64,000 nt of DNA from Candidatus Bathyarchaeia archaeon (GTDB lineage Archaea; Thermoproteota; Bathyarchaeia; Bathyarchaeales; Bathycorpusculaceae). Location: assembly GCA_050010515.1 (NCBI GenBank), contig JBEKKX010000004.1, positions 21,199 to 85,198 of the forward strand. Reading direction: 5' to 3'. The notes under the pieces were generated by a model. The model had not been told where the DNA came from. It searched no databases and saw only the letters and a program-made list of their open reading frames with translations. Shown here piece by piece: positions 20,193-30,464 of the stretch. The position numbers and the translations under genes were made by a program. Positions within the stretch are counted from its first letter, which is position 1. Each line of letters opens with the position of its first letter.

Positions 20193-21003
20193 TGGTTATC
20201 ACTGTACCAACCTTATGATTCAACGCCAAGCTAATCGGCTGATTTCCCGTGCCCGCGGTAACTAAGACTTCCTTGACGCCCTGGTTTAAAGCTTCCAGCG
20301 CAGCGTGGACTTTGGTGCTCATGCCTTGCCCAATGCTTGACATGACCTCTTTAACCTCAGTTGCGTTAATTTTTGGAACGCACTCGCCCTTGAGCATTAA
20401 GCCCGGCACGTCGGTGAGCAGGATTAAGCGATCTGCTTTAAGTGCGCCCGCGATGATGGCGGCTGTTCGGTCGCCGTCCACGTTGAGGGGTTCAAAATCT
20501 TGGCTAAGCGCTATAGGTGTCACAATTGGCACGTAGCCTTTTTCAAGCAGGAGATTTAGCAGTTCAGAGTTAACTTGGGTTATTTTTCCTGTATATCCGC
20601 CGTCTATAACTTTTTTTCTGCCCCGTTCGTCGATGTGGATGAGTTTGGTTTTTCGTTCAGCTTTCAAGGTTGCCGCATCTAAGCCAGTTATGCCTACAGC
20701 TTGGATGCCTTGGCTTTGCAATGCTAAAACGATTTGCTTGTTGATTTTGCCTGCCATAACCATAGTGTAAATTTCAATTGTTTCTTTGTCGGTGTAGCGG
20801 CTTCTGAACCCTTCTGGCGAAATTATGAATTTTTGTTCTTTGCCCAGTTTAGAGGCGATTTCGGTGACTTCTACGCCTCCGCCGTGCACAAGGATGACCT
20901 TGTTGTCTTTGGCTACGTCTTTTAGGTCGGCGACTAAATCTTGGGATGCGCCCTCTTTGAGTATGCTTCCGCCCATCTTTATTACAAGCAGCATAGCTAT
21001 CAC
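20185..21003 (-). CDS. lysZ: [LysW]-aminoadipate/glutamate kinase
   Basis: KMGGS, VHGGG, SRYTD, GGYTGKI and NVDGDR motifs. Confidence 0.92.
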   Translation of the reverse strand: MIAMLLVIKMGGSILKEGASQDLVADLKDVAKDNKVILVHGGGVEVTEIASKLGKEQKFIISPEGFRSRYTDKETIEIYTMVMAGKINKQIVLALQSQGIQAVGITGLDAATLKAERKTKLIHIDERGRKKVIDGGYTGKITQVNSELLNLLLEKGYVPIVTPIALSQDFEPLNVDGDRTAAIIAGALKADRLILLTDVPGLMLKGECVPKINATEVKEVMSSIGQGMSTKVHAALEALNQGVKEVLVTAGTGNQPISLALNHKVGTVITSE

Positions 21004-22055
21004 ATCGGATGGAAACCAGTACTCTTCAGCCCAGTTGTCTCATCTATGCCCAAGAGTATGTTCATGCATTGTACGCCTTGACCTGCTGCACCTTTGGTCA
21101 TGTTGTCGAGGGCTGAGAAAAGCAAAAGCCGATTTGCATGCTCATCTATCTCAAAGCCGACGTCACAGTAGTTTGTGCCCAGGGTCACTTTCGGGTCAGG
21201 CAACTGATAGGGTCCTTTCTGATATTTTACCAAACGTATGAACGGTTCACTGCCGTATTGCCCGCGGAGAGCTTTCCAAATGTCCTTGCTGGTTATGGGT
21301 TGTTTGGGGAAAGTGTAGATAGTGGCGAGGATACCGCGCACCATGTTTACAGTATGCGGAGTGAACGAGATTTTTACGGGTTCATTAGTTAACGCGTTAA
21401 GTTCCTGCTCTACCTCAGCGATGTGGCGGTGACCAACAACCTTGTAGGGTCGCACTCCGCTAAACCGCTCCGGATGATGCGAGGAGATGGAGGGTTTGCT
21501 GCCGCCGCCGGAAGAACCAACTTTTAGGTCCACTACGATTTTGTCGTTGTCAACAAGTCCAGCTTTCACTATAGGTGCCAAGCCCAAAATGGCGGATGTT
21601 GCCATGCACCCTGGACAAGCAACGAGCTTAGTGTTTTTTATTTCTTCTCGATGAAGCTCGGGCAAGCCGTATGCTGCTTCTTTGAGCATTTCTGGGTGGG
21701 CATGTTTCCAGCCATAGTAGGTTTCGTAGTCGGCTGGGTTTTTGAGGCGGAAGTCAGCGCTCATGTCGATTACTTTTAAGCCTGCCTCTAAGAGTTTAGG
21801 AACTAAATTAACTGAGCCACCGTGGGGGGTTGCCGTGAAGATCAAGTCGCAGTTTTTCTGCAACTCAGCCATATCTTGGGGCACAAATTTTAGCTGTGTC
21901 AATCCCCGCAAGTTCGGATGCACGTTGAAAACGTATTCTCCTACGCTTTGGCGTGAAGTAACCATAGTTACCTCTGCTTGCGGATGAAGAAGCAGCAGTC
22001 GCAGGAGCTCGCTGCCAACGTATCCTGAACCGCCAATTATTCCGATTCTCAACAT
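21000..22055 (-). CDS. lysY: [LysW]-aminoadipyl/glutamyl-phosphate reductase (ArgC family)
   Basis: GGSGYVG, DMSADFRL, PGCMAT, SHHPER and DNMTKGAAGQ motifs. Confidence 0.92.
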   Translation of the reverse strand: MLRIGIIGGSGYVGSELLRLLLLHPQAEVTMVTSRQSVGEYVFNVHPNLRGLTQLKFVPQDMAELQKNCDLIFTATPHGGSVNLVPKLLEAGLKVIDMSADFRLKNPADYETYYGWKHAHPEMLKEAAYGLPELHREEIKNTKLVACPGCMATSAILGLAPIVKAGLVDNDKIVVDLKVGSSGGGSKPSISSHHPERFSGVRPYKVVGHRHIAEVEQELNALTNEPVKISFTPHTVNMVRGILATIYTFPKQPITSKDIWKALRGQYGSEPFIRLVKYQKGPYQLPDPKVTLGTNYCDVGFEIDEHANRLLLFSALDNMTKGAAGQGVQCMNILLGIDETTGLKSTGFHPM

Positions 22056-22076
22056 CTTTTTTTCCTCGTTACTTGG

Positions 22077-23261
22077 TTAATGGTCTATTAGGCTTTGCGC
22101 ACTCTTCAAGAGAGGAACCGCCACATTATAGCCTGTTGCAAGCCGAGTGTTCTCCCAAAACTCTGGGCAAGAATTCGACTCATGAAACATCAATGCACTC
22201 TTATTATTTTCTACGCTTTCTTCAATTATCTTTTTAATATTTTCGTAATGCTCGCTATCTCTGTAGCCTTGGAACGCTTTTTCTAGTTTACTGTTCCATG
22301 CTTGAAAGTCAGTTAGGCGACTGTCATCCTGCTTAATCCTTTGGACAGGTGTGAACGCTTTGGCTGCCTTATCGAGTTCAGCTTTGAGGTAAGCATCATC
22401 AACCTGTTTGTTTTCTTTAACGTTTACCATGGCGTCTAAAGCGAAAATCCACGCTTCACTGCCTTTTCCAAGGGTTTTGCCGCATTTCACCGCAAGTTCC
22501 TGAATGCTTTTGGGTAGTTTGGCGCCGAAAACTAAGTTGCCCAAGAAAGTGTTTGTTCTGAAATCCTTAAAGCCGGCTCTTGCCATCGCGGTAGGATAGC
22601 AAACCGGTTGTTTACCTTTCTCTTTATGAACTATTATTCTTAAATCGTAAAACCACTTCTGAATTAGTTCCTGCGCAACTACGCCAACAGGGTTAATTAT
22701 TGAGGGCTTTGTTTCTTGGATGTTGGTTATGAGTTCTTCTTGGTTTTTTGATAGCATGATCATTTTGCCGTGAGTTCCTGCGTCGGCTTTGATGACTATG
22801 CCTTCTGTGAGGGGGATTTCTTGTTGGAATAGTTCTGCTATGTCTTTTTCGTTGTGAATTTCCTTGCCATTTTTCATAGTGTCGGTTGAGTCGCATGGAA
22901 CGTAGACCGTTTTGGGAATTGGGATACCTTCTTTCCAGAAGTTGAGCAATGTGCGTAGTTTGCTGTAGCAGAGGAATTCGATTTGAGAGCTGTTGAGAGA
23001 TTTTTTGCCAAGTTGTTCCATGATGTATGAGGCTTGGAGGCGACGATTTTTGCTTTGCGCGCGGTTAAGCACGACAACGGTGTCTTTGATTATGTTTGTG
23101 TAGTCTTTGCCTTTGGTTTTAGCGCTAAAGCCGTCTTTGGAGATTGATAAAGAGATTTTTCGGAATGGCAGAAAAGTCAAATCAATGCCTAATTGTTGGG
23201 CGGTTAGTTTTATGCCGTTTTCGTCGTTTTCTGACCGCTCATATAGGAGTGCTATGCTCAT
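22077..23261 (-). CDS. Divergent RimK/LysX-like ATP-grasp ligase (probable LysW ligase)
   Basis: GIPIPKT, IKADAGTHG, QELI..DLRI, FRTN, ALD...HESNSCPEF; lies between lysW and lysY. Confidence 0.75.
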   Translation of the reverse strand: MSIALLYERSENDENGIKLTAQQLGIDLTFLPFRKISLSISKDGFSAKTKGKDYTNIIKDTVVVLNRAQSKNRRLQASYIMEQLGKKSLNSSQIEFLCYSKLRTLLNFWKEGIPIPKTVYVPCDSTDTMKNGKEIHNEKDIAELFQQEIPLTEGIVIKADAGTHGKMIMLSKNQEELITNIQETKPSIINPVGVVAQELIQKWFYDLRIIVHKEKGKQPVCYPTAMARAGFKDFRTNTFLGNLVFGAKLPKSIQELAVKCGKTLGKGSEAWIFALDAMVNVKENKQVDDAYLKAELDKAAKAFTPVQRIKQDDSRLTDFQAWNSKLEKAFQGYRDSEHYENIKKIIEESVENNKSALMFHESNSCPEFWENTRLATGYNVAVPLLKSAQSLIDH

Positions 23262-23334
23262 CGCTTTTCTGCTTCCACCAAAAAAATTAATCAAAAAACT
23301 GATTTAAATAATGAAGGCTGGGTAGTGATACTGC

Positions 23335-23520
23335 TTATTCGCCCCAGTCTTCGCCTTCAATGGTTAATTCTTGAAGGTCTACGCATCCGCCTTTTACTTG
23401 TTTAACTTCAAGTTCAAGTCCGCAGCCTGGACAGCTCAGGATTTCTCCTTTTTCTGTGTCTGCTGGAACATCAATTTCTGCGTCGCAGTCAGGGCATTTT
23501 GCCTTATTTAGGGCCTTCAT
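23335..23520 (-). CDS. lysW: Amino-group carrier protein LysW
   Basis: CPDC...CPGC zinc ribbon and C-terminal EDWGE. Confidence 0.95.
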   Translation of the reverse strand: MKALNKAKCPDCDAEIDVPADTEKGEILSCPGCGLELEVKQVKGGCVDLQELTIEGEDWGE

Positions 23521-23808
23521 TTCTTGAGGGTTTATATTTACTGGTTTAATCATTTTATTCGTCACTTTTTTATATTCGGAAATGTCTTTTTCAATAAAGT
23601 CGGGTTTCTTTTAAACATTTTGACTTATTTGTTACAACTCAGACTGCTAATGTTCCATTTGGTGCAAATATTTAGCATGAAAAAAGAGCTTTAGGAACAG
23701 GAAAACGTACAATAAACACGTAAACACAACGAAATCCGCACTCACTCAAATGTCAAGAATAGAAATCGTTAAATTTTTCCTAAGGCAATAACCTTCAGGC
23801 GACAGGAA

Positions 23809-24219
23809 ATGGACGAGAAAAACAAAGAAATAATCAAACTCCTAAAAGATGACTCAAGAGCAGGCTACGGCGAAATAGGCGCAAAAGTAGGCTTATCTGA
23901 AGGCGCTGTAAGGAAAAGAATCAAAACACTTGGTGACGAAGGAGTCATACGCAAATTCACGGTTAAAATCGGTGTTGCAGAAGGCGCCCAAGCCATAACT
24001 TTACTCACAGCCAACCCTGCCTATCCAACACAGGAAGTTTCAAAAAAAATCCAAACAATCCCAAATGTTGAAACAATCTATGAAGTAACAGGCGAATACG
24101 ACATTGTTGCAGTTATCAGTGGTATGAACGTGACGGAAGTTAACGAGTGCATAGAAAAAATCCGCTTGGTAGAAGGCATAATGAAAACCAATACGATGAT
24201 TGTCCTACGCAGCTCCTGA
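23809..24219 (+). CDS. lysM: Lrp/AsnC regulator, LysM-type
   Basis: HTH LSEGAVRKRI and RAM domain YEVTGEYDI; divergent from lysW. Confidence 0.8.
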   Translation: MDEKNKEIIKLLKDDSRAGYGEIGAKVGLSEGAVRKRIKTLGDEGVIRKFTVKIGVAEGAQAITLLTANPAYPTQEVSKKIQTIPNVETIYEVTGEYDIVAVISGMNVTEVNECIEKIRLVEGIMKTNTMIVLRSS

Positions 24220-24464
24220 CCTTCTCCCATCCAGGTCCGCTCCAAAATGTTTGGCAGAACACAATCTAGCTAATAGAAGGACAACAGGGTTTATTCGGGT
24301 TTTTTGTTAGAGCGACTTGTTTTAAGGTCTCTATTTCGCCTTGTTAGCGTTTAGAGTCTTTAAAGTTGTTGAATTGTAGATGTGTTGAACAGACGGGCAG
24401 TAATAAGCTAAAATCAATAATATTTATTAATAGTCACGACACCGTGTTCATTGGTCAAAGAAAA

Positions 24465-25100
24465 ATGGTTGAAAAATTACAAGAAAGCGCACAGTCTTTA
24501 AAATGCTTAAACAACATAGAAATCGAAGCTTTTAGACTTTATGAAGCGTTATCCAAGAAAATCAATCCTCCTGAAAGCAGCTTTATTTTATGTTTAGCAT
24601 ATGACAGCCTAAAATGCGCAAAAATCATTCAGGGAATACTTGATTATATTGACCTGCCTGAAACAGAAAACATTAACTGCAAAAAGAACCTGTTAGAAAT
24701 AGCGAACAATATTTCCAAGTTTACCAAAAAACTATTCAAAACTAACAACCTAAATTACGAACTTTCATGCGAAATACTAAAAGAATTAACTAACCTAGAG
24801 GATCAACTCAGCGAAGTCTACACCAATTACCTGCAATCCCCTGCACTTAAAAATATAGCCGATGAATTTTCAAAGTTAGCATTAAACTTAAGCAATTTCA
24901 AGAAAATCTTTGAAACCTTCGCAGAGCAAAAACAAAAACACCGAGAAACCCTCATCGAAATCATATATTGCTTCGAAGCAAAAGAATCAGAAAGACTCAC
25001 CACCATGGCACCAACATTCAAATATAAAAACCCTGACTCATGGATCCACGAATCAACAATTCATGACTTCACAGATACACAAGCCAAAGAAAACATTTGA
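24465..25100 (+). CDS. Hypothetical helical, ferritin-like protein
   Basis: IEIEAFRLYEAL...LEDQLSEVY...EQKQKHRETL pattern. Start chosen at MVEKL. Confidence 0.55.
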   Translation: MVEKLQESAQSLKCLNNIEIEAFRLYEALSKKINPPESSFILCLAYDSLKCAKIIQGILDYIDLPETENINCKKNLLEIANNISKFTKKLFKTNNLNYELSCEILKELTNLEDQLSEVYTNYLQSPALKNIADEFSKLALNLSNFKKIFETFAEQKQKHRETLIEIIYCFEAKESERLTTMAPTFKYKNPDSWIHESTIHDFTDTQAKENI

Positions 25101-25194
25101 AATACCTTCCGATCAACCTCCTCAACCTAACTAAGGCAGTTATCAGGCATAGCAACTGCAATATTGCGGAAAAATATTGACATCTCAAGAAAAG

Positions 25195-25262
25195 TTATTT
25201 TTCAACCAATAACTCTTTGACCCCCCGCTCAATTTCATCTCTGATTTCTCGCACCTTATCTA
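25195..25262 (-). pseudogene. C-terminal remnant of an LMW-PTP/ArsC arsenate reductase
   Basis: LDKVREIRDEIERGVKELL-stop matches typical ArsC C-termini; no catalytic CxxNxxRS loop upstream. Confidence 0.45.
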
Positions 25263-25495
25263 GCGCGCATGCGTGTTCCTTAAATGGTTTAAAATGGTTA
25301 AAAGTCATATTTCTTCGTTTAAGTCTCATTTTAAAGCATGAACCCTGAACGGAACTGCCCAATGAGTAAGGTAGCAAAAAGGCGAATCATCACCATTTTT
25401 CACCAATTTCGGAACAACCATGCACGCTAAAAATTGTTCTTAAGTATGTATTTAGCTCTCGTTTTTTGTCTTAAGGGTATTTGTTTTTGCTCAAC

Positions 25496-25608
25496 CTACC
25501 TACCCGGTCTACTAGATGCTTCTAATATGCCCCAAATATGATTCAACATAGATGTGCATAGAACGAAGACCACGCATTTTACATGCAGAACAGTGCTTTT
25601 CAACATAG
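25496..25608 (+). repeat. Dispersed intergenic repeat, copy A
   Basis: CTACCTACCCGGTCTACTAGATGCTTCTAATATG...ATTCAACATAG; 59/67 identical to the reverse complement of 54952-55018. Confidence 0.85.
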
Positions 25609-25673
25609 AAAAATCTGTTTTTTGATGTAAAAAGCATTAAAAAAGAAAAAACAAGAGCTAAACATGCACTTGC

Positions 25674-26387
25674 TTAAAACTTTATTTTCTCAATTCTCTC
25701 TACAGCGCTAACTGTTCCAACATAAGCAATATCAGTTAACCCAACAAAAAAACCTGTTTCTACAACGCCGGGAATCATCTTCAACTTTACCTCCAACTCT
25801 GCCGGTTTAGCTATCTCACCAAAATAAGAATCCAAAATGACATTTCCATTATCAGTTATCACCGGACCAAGCTTTCCTTTTCCTTCGCGCAAAACAGGCT
25901 TTCCACCCGCATCAATAATTTTTCGTTTGGCCAGTGAAATTGCAAAAGGCAAAACTTCTATCGGCACAGACTGGTTATTTTCACCTAGCACTTTCACTTT
26001 TTTCTTCTCATCAGCAATGATAATGTTAAGTTTAGAGGCAGCGGCAACAATCTTTTCTCTCGCCAAAGCCGCACCCATACCCTTGATTAAAAATAATTCA
26101 GGAGTTATCTGGTCTGCCCCGTCAATGGTCACGTCTATTTGCGGATGTTCGTCCAAAGTTGTAATCGGAATACGACATTCAACCGCTAACAAGAAGGCTT
26201 GATAAGAAGTAGGAATACCCATAACACGCAGTTTTTCACGTTTTATTCTTTCGCCTATTGCTTCTATGGCAAACACGGCAGTACTTCCGCTTCCTAAACC
26301 AACAATAAAGCCGTCCTTAACATGTTTAACCGCTTCTAAGGCTGCTTTCTGTTTTGCCGCTTGAATTGGGTCAAGATTAGCTTTCAA
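25674..26387 (-). CDS. rpiA: Ribose-5-phosphate isomerase A
   Basis: GLGSGST, DGADQ, IKGMGAALAREK, TDNGN and PGVVETG motifs. Confidence 0.95.
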   Translation of the reverse strand: MKANLDPIQAAKQKAALEAVKHVKDGFIVGLGSGSTAVFAIEAIGERIKREKLRVMGIPTSYQAFLLAVECRIPITTLDEHPQIDVTIDGADQITPELFLIKGMGAALAREKIVAAASKLNIIIADEKKKVKVLGENNQSVPIEVLPFAISLAKRKIIDAGGKPVLREGKGKLGPVITDNGNVILDSYFGEIAKPAELEVKLKMIPGVVETGFFVGLTDIAYVGTVSAVERIEKIKF

Positions 26388-27114
26388 TTTCCATCTGCCC
26401 CAGTTTATCTAAAACCTTCTCAACTTCACTTCTAATCGACTCAATCCTTTTCTCAGCTTCAGTTTTAGCATCAGGCTTTTCTTCTGGAAGTTTCCGCTTC
26501 TTTTTCTGCTTTTCTTCACCTGCTTCCTCCTCTTCTTCTTCCTCACCCTCAATTTTTTCTATCTGCGAAACTGGCATTTGAGTCGGTAATTTTACAGGTA
26601 TCTCTCTTATCGGTTTAACATCAATCTTCGTTCTAAGCTCTTCAACTTTCGAGGTTAATTCTCCGAAGCGTTCACTGAAAAGCTTCATTAAATCTTCCTG
26701 CATCCCCTCAAGATCATGCAACGCAACTATTGTTTCATCTTTTGAAATGGATTCTTTAATAGAATTCATTCTAGCCTTGTAGCTTGCGGCAAGCTTTTCT
26801 CTCTCTGCCTCCGAGATTTTTCCCTCTGCTTGCGCTTCATATAAGCGGCGAATTGCATCGCTCAAAATCTCTCTTTCTAAATCGAGCATCCGCAGTTCAT
26901 CTTTTGCGTTAGAAGCTGTTGTTGTTTGGACGCTTTTGGAGATTCTGAAGGGTGAACCTGCATATTCAAGGAGTGAATCCTTATCTGTTTTTTGAGGTTT
27001 TTTCTGCCGGGGTTTATTTCCCAGTTTTCTCATGGCAAAAATCACTATTCCGCAGGCGATGATTATCACTACCGCTACCGCAGTGACTGTTACTGGGTCA
27101 TCGTACCAAGCCAT
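26377..27114 (-). CDS. Membrane-anchored coiled-coil hypothetical protein
   Basis: N-terminal TM helix, heptad-rich helices, acidic and basic tracts; overlaps the rpiA start. Confidence 0.75.
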   Translation of the reverse strand: MAWYDDPVTVTAVAVVIIIACGIVIFAMRKLGNKPRQKKPQKTDKDSLLEYAGSPFRISKSVQTTTASNAKDELRMLDLEREILSDAIRRLYEAQAEGKISEAEREKLAASYKARMNSIKESISKDETIVALHDLEGMQEDLMKLFSERFGELTSKVEELRTKIDVKPIREIPVKLPTQMPVSQIEKIEGEEEEEEEAGEEKQKKKRKLPEEKPDAKTEAEKRIESIRSEVEKVLDKLGQMEIES

Positions 27115-27253
27115 GCCAAACTGTCCTCGATATCTTGATTGCGCACCATGTATATATAAATTATATAATACAAGTGTCCCATACGGTTTTCCAACTTCAA
27201 TTTTGAAAACCTCAGTATGCCGTTTTTACTTTTTTCAAGTGCGCTCTTTAAAG

Positions 27254-27294
27254 TATTTGAAGCATATTGGAGGCATCTAGTAGATCCCGGTAGG
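27254..27294 (-). repeat. Dispersed intergenic repeat, copy C (partial, inverted relative to A)
   Basis: Reverse complement CCTACCGGGATCTACTAGATGCCTCCAATATGCTTCAAATA aligns with copies A and B. Confidence 0.75.
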
Positions 27295-27563
27295 CTTGAG
27301 CATAACAAGTTTCTATGGTTATCGAAAATTGGGAAGGCGGGGTAGGGTATCAATTTAGCTAGTGAATTTCTCAAGCAAAATTGAATCCAGTGGACAGGGT
27401 CTACTCCTCTATTTGGGATGCCTGCTGTCAATTATTCCGCGATAATGTTCAGCCCCCAAAAAGTCAATTTAATGGGCGTACATCTGCCCCCGACAGGATA
27501 ATTTATCTTTAGCAAGTTACCATTTTCTCTTCAAGTAGCACACATTCGTGAGTTTAGAGCGAA

Positions 27564-28799
27564 ATGGTTACTATAGAGAAACCTAGGCTTGTAGTTTTCG
27601 ACGTTGAAGGAGTTCTTATTCCGAAAAACCGCTTCTTTTTCGAAGTAGGAAAAAGCTTAGGCTTAATTAAGCTGATCAAGCTCCTTTTTTACGGTTTTCT
27701 CTATGAAGCAGGCATTTTAAAGTTAGAATCGGTGCTGAGGTATATTTTTAAAGAATCAAAAGGCGTTAAACTTGAAACTTTAACTTTAATTTTTGAAAAA
27801 ATTCCTTCAACACCTTTTTTGCAAAACATTTTTTCTCAAATAAAAATGAGAAACTGCAAAATTGCCTTGATTAGTTCTGGGTTGCCAACAGTTATTGTTA
27901 AAAAATTGGCTGACGCTGTAGGTGCAGACTACGCCTATGGCATTGAAGTTGAAACCAAAGATGGCAAGTTGACCGGTAAAATCTGGGGTGACGCTATTGA
28001 GCCGGAGGGGAAACTGAAAATTTTATCGCAAATTTTAACTGCTGAAGGCTTACGTTTAAGCGATTGCATCGTTGTCGCTGATGACAGAAACAACAACTGC
28101 ATCTTTTTATCTGGAATGTTGAAAATTGGTTTTAATCCCGATTTTGTTTTAAGAGTTAAAGCTGACAGGGTAGTGAATGGCACACTTTCTGCAATCTTGC
28201 CCATTATTGATGGGAAACCACATAAACGTTCTTTTCCGTCAACAAACGATTTTCTAAGAGAAGATATTCATGCTTCCGGATTTTTTATGCCAGTTATCGC
28301 CACTTTAATAGGTGTTCCCACAGTAGGCGTTTTAATTTTCACGATAGCATTGATATATTCTATATCGGAACTTTGGCGTTTAGAAGGAAGAGAATTTTCA
28401 TTCATTTCGGCGATTACACGCCATGCTGCCTCACAATCAGAATTGAATGGCTTTGCAGCAGCGCCATTGTACTTTGCTTTTGGTATTTTGTTTACTTTGC
28501 TTGTGTTTCCTCATCCTGCAAGTTATGCCGCCATCGCTATGTTTTGCTTAGGCGATAGCGTAGCCTCCCTTTTTGGCGGTTTTATTTCAACGTCTTTACC
28601 ATTTAACAAAGGGAAAACTTGGGAAGGTTCGCTAGCTGGTTTCTTTTTTGCGTTTTTAGCTGGCACGTTTTTTGTTTCGCCGTTATTAGCTTTTATTGGG
28701 GCAGCAATCGCTATGACCATTGAAGTTCTTCCTCTGCCAGTGAATGATAATGTGCTAGTGCCAGTGATTACAGGAGCAGTGTTGACCCTGCTTATCTAA
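27564..28799 (+). CDS. Fusion: HAD-IB phosphoserine-phosphatase-like domain + SEC59/VTE5-type polyprenol kinase membrane domain
   Basis: N-terminal FDVEGVL, ISSG, LTGKI; C-terminal REDIHA, GDSVASLFG, KTWEGS, DNVLVP. Confidence 0.8.
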   Translation: MVTIEKPRLVVFDVEGVLIPKNRFFFEVGKSLGLIKLIKLLFYGFLYEAGILKLESVLRYIFKESKGVKLETLTLIFEKIPSTPFLQNIFSQIKMRNCKIALISSGLPTVIVKKLADAVGADYAYGIEVETKDGKLTGKIWGDAIEPEGKLKILSQILTAEGLRLSDCIVVADDRNNNCIFLSGMLKIGFNPDFVLRVKADRVVNGTLSAILPIIDGKPHKRSFPSTNDFLREDIHASGFFMPVIATLIGVPTVGVLIFTIALIYSISELWRLEGREFSFISAITRHAASQSELNGFAAAPLYFAFGILFTLLVFPHPASYAAIAMFCLGDSVASLFGGFISTSLPFNKGKTWEGSLAGFFFAFLAGTFFVSPLLAFIGAAIAMTIEVLPLPVNDNVLVPVITGAVLTLLI

Positions 28800-29048
28800 A
28801 GGGATTACCGCCTTAAGATAATCCTTAACAAAATATTTCTTGCCTCTTTTGATTTAACTGGTCTGACTTCGATTGGATCTGGATTACTAAAGTGCCTTTG
28901 CCCCATTTTCTGGTCATTTTGCCATTAATTTGTTCAACTTTGGGGTAGCATTTGCTGTCGTTTAGTTTTTCTTGCCATGTTTTCTTTGCTGGCATAATAT
29001 AACCAAAAGTTGTTTAGTTAGATAGTTTTATGAATCTTTTCTAAAAGT

Positions 29049-29303
29049 TTATTTCTTGTTTTGAGAACTGGCAAGGTAAATTTTTTGTTGGTGGCTTAGC
29101 TTCTTTATTTCCCTTTCACGTTTAATCGCGTTGCTTCTTGAATCAAACAGTTCAACGTAAGCTAGCCTTTGGGGTTTGTGTGCTTTTGTGTATTTTGCGC
29201 CTTTGCCGTTTTGATGCAGTTTTGTTCTTGCATCTAAGTCCTTGGTGTAGCCTGTGTAGAAACTTCCATCACTGCATAGTAAAATGTAAACGTAAAATGA
29301 CAA
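29049..29303 (-). CDS. GIY-YIG nuclease family (UPF0213)
   Basis: YVYILLCSDGSFYTGYT...HQNGKGAKYT...AIKREREIK. Confidence 0.9.
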   Translation of the reverse strand: MSFYVYILLCSDGSFYTGYTKDLDARTKLHQNGKGAKYTKAHKPQRLAYVELFDSRSNAIKREREIKKLSHQQKIYLASSQNKK

Positions 29304-29309
29304 TTGGCT

Positions 29310-30008
29310 CTATTGCTCCTCAGTTTGTGGTGGCAGGTAATCGTAAACGATGCCTTTTTGCATGGCTCTTTTGAGGTAAGCTTCAGGGTCGATTTCCTGG
29401 ACTTTTGCTCGGTCAACATCGATTATGTAGATTTCATGTATGCGTGCATTTCTTATTTCTTCAATGGTGACTGGCGGTTTATGGTAGTATGCATCACAGA
29501 GCTTTTTTATCTGCATTATTTCTGGGTCTGTTCGGTTTCTTGGAGGTTTAGCCAGCGGACGGGGAAAAGGCAGAATATAGTGGGGTGGTACGCCTAACGC
29601 GAATTTTCCTGCGAAACTACTGTACCTTATTATCTTGCTTGCCAGCCTTGCAGTAGTGTAAGTTAATGGCGCCAAAGCATTTTCAGGAGGAATATAACCA
29701 GTTTCTACTTCAACGATTAGGTTTCCATAGCCTTTTATGGCGTACAAATCACAGGTTAAAATTTCGTTTAACGGATATTCAAGTTGAACTTCGTAGCCTT
29801 TTTGAATTAGGTATTTGGCGCAAACAAGCTCCATCACGGAATGGTTGATTTTTAAAATGTTTTCTTTTTGCAGTTTTACCAGCCAGTCTTTTAGCATGTT
29901 TAGTTTGTTTTCCGTTTCTTTTTCAGAATCCTTTGTCAACCTTGATACTAGGACCGTTAAATCTTGCTCGAACTTTTGCCTGTTACTCATTTGCTGTTTC
30001 CTTGCCAA
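29310..30008 (-). CDS. Conserved archaeal hypothetical protein, PD-(D/E)XK-like
   Basis: INHSVMEL, CDLYA..LIVEVETG and SKIIRYS motifs. Confidence 0.65.
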   Translation of the reverse strand: MARKQQMSNRQKFEQDLTVLVSRLTKDSEKETENKLNMLKDWLVKLQKENILKINHSVMELVCAKYLIQKGYEVQLEYPLNEILTCDLYAIKGYGNLIVEVETGYIPPENALAPLTYTTARLASKIIRYSSFAGKFALGVPPHYILPFPRPLAKPPRNRTDPEIMQIKKLCDAYYHKPPVTIEEIRNARIHEIYIIDVDRAKVQEIDPEAYLKRAMQKGIVYDYLPPQTEEQ

Positions 30009-30464
30009 TTAGTCTGGCAACCAATACCTATTGATTTTAGAATATATAAAGCCAGAAAACGTTAAGCGACCAACTAGTCTTAGAACAGTTGTCAACATTA
30101 ACTAATCGGCTTAGTGAGTCTCTCGCGATGTATCAACATTGGTATTCTTTGCGGTTTAATTAACGGCTGGCTGTACTTTGCTGGTTGCTTTAGGCTTAGA
30201 CTCAACTTGGCACCTTTTTACCTGTAGAAGTAGTCAGTAAATAGTAGTCCCCTCCCCTCCCACGGTTTGTCGCGTTTGTTTTGGGTTAATTTTTTGGTTT
30301 AGGGTTTGTAAAGGTATTCGTTTTGATTTCAGTTTAAATTTTTTCAGGAATTCAATGAAAAATAAATTGGAAAGCTGGGTTGATTTGAACCCGCCCCACG
30401 TGGAGACATCACCCGAAGAGTCGAGTTTTTCTCGCTCGCGCGCACTCTTGATTGGTCAGTTTTT

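Noticed and set aside
26500-26550. Purine-rich (GAA/GAG)n tract
   Set aside because: Simply encodes the poly-Glu/Lys stretch of the coiled-coil protein.
30385-30460. GC-rich structured segment downstream of thrB as a possible tRNA/ncRNA
   Set aside because: No cloverleaf or T-loop consensus; only a loose AAGAGT...ACTCTT stem.
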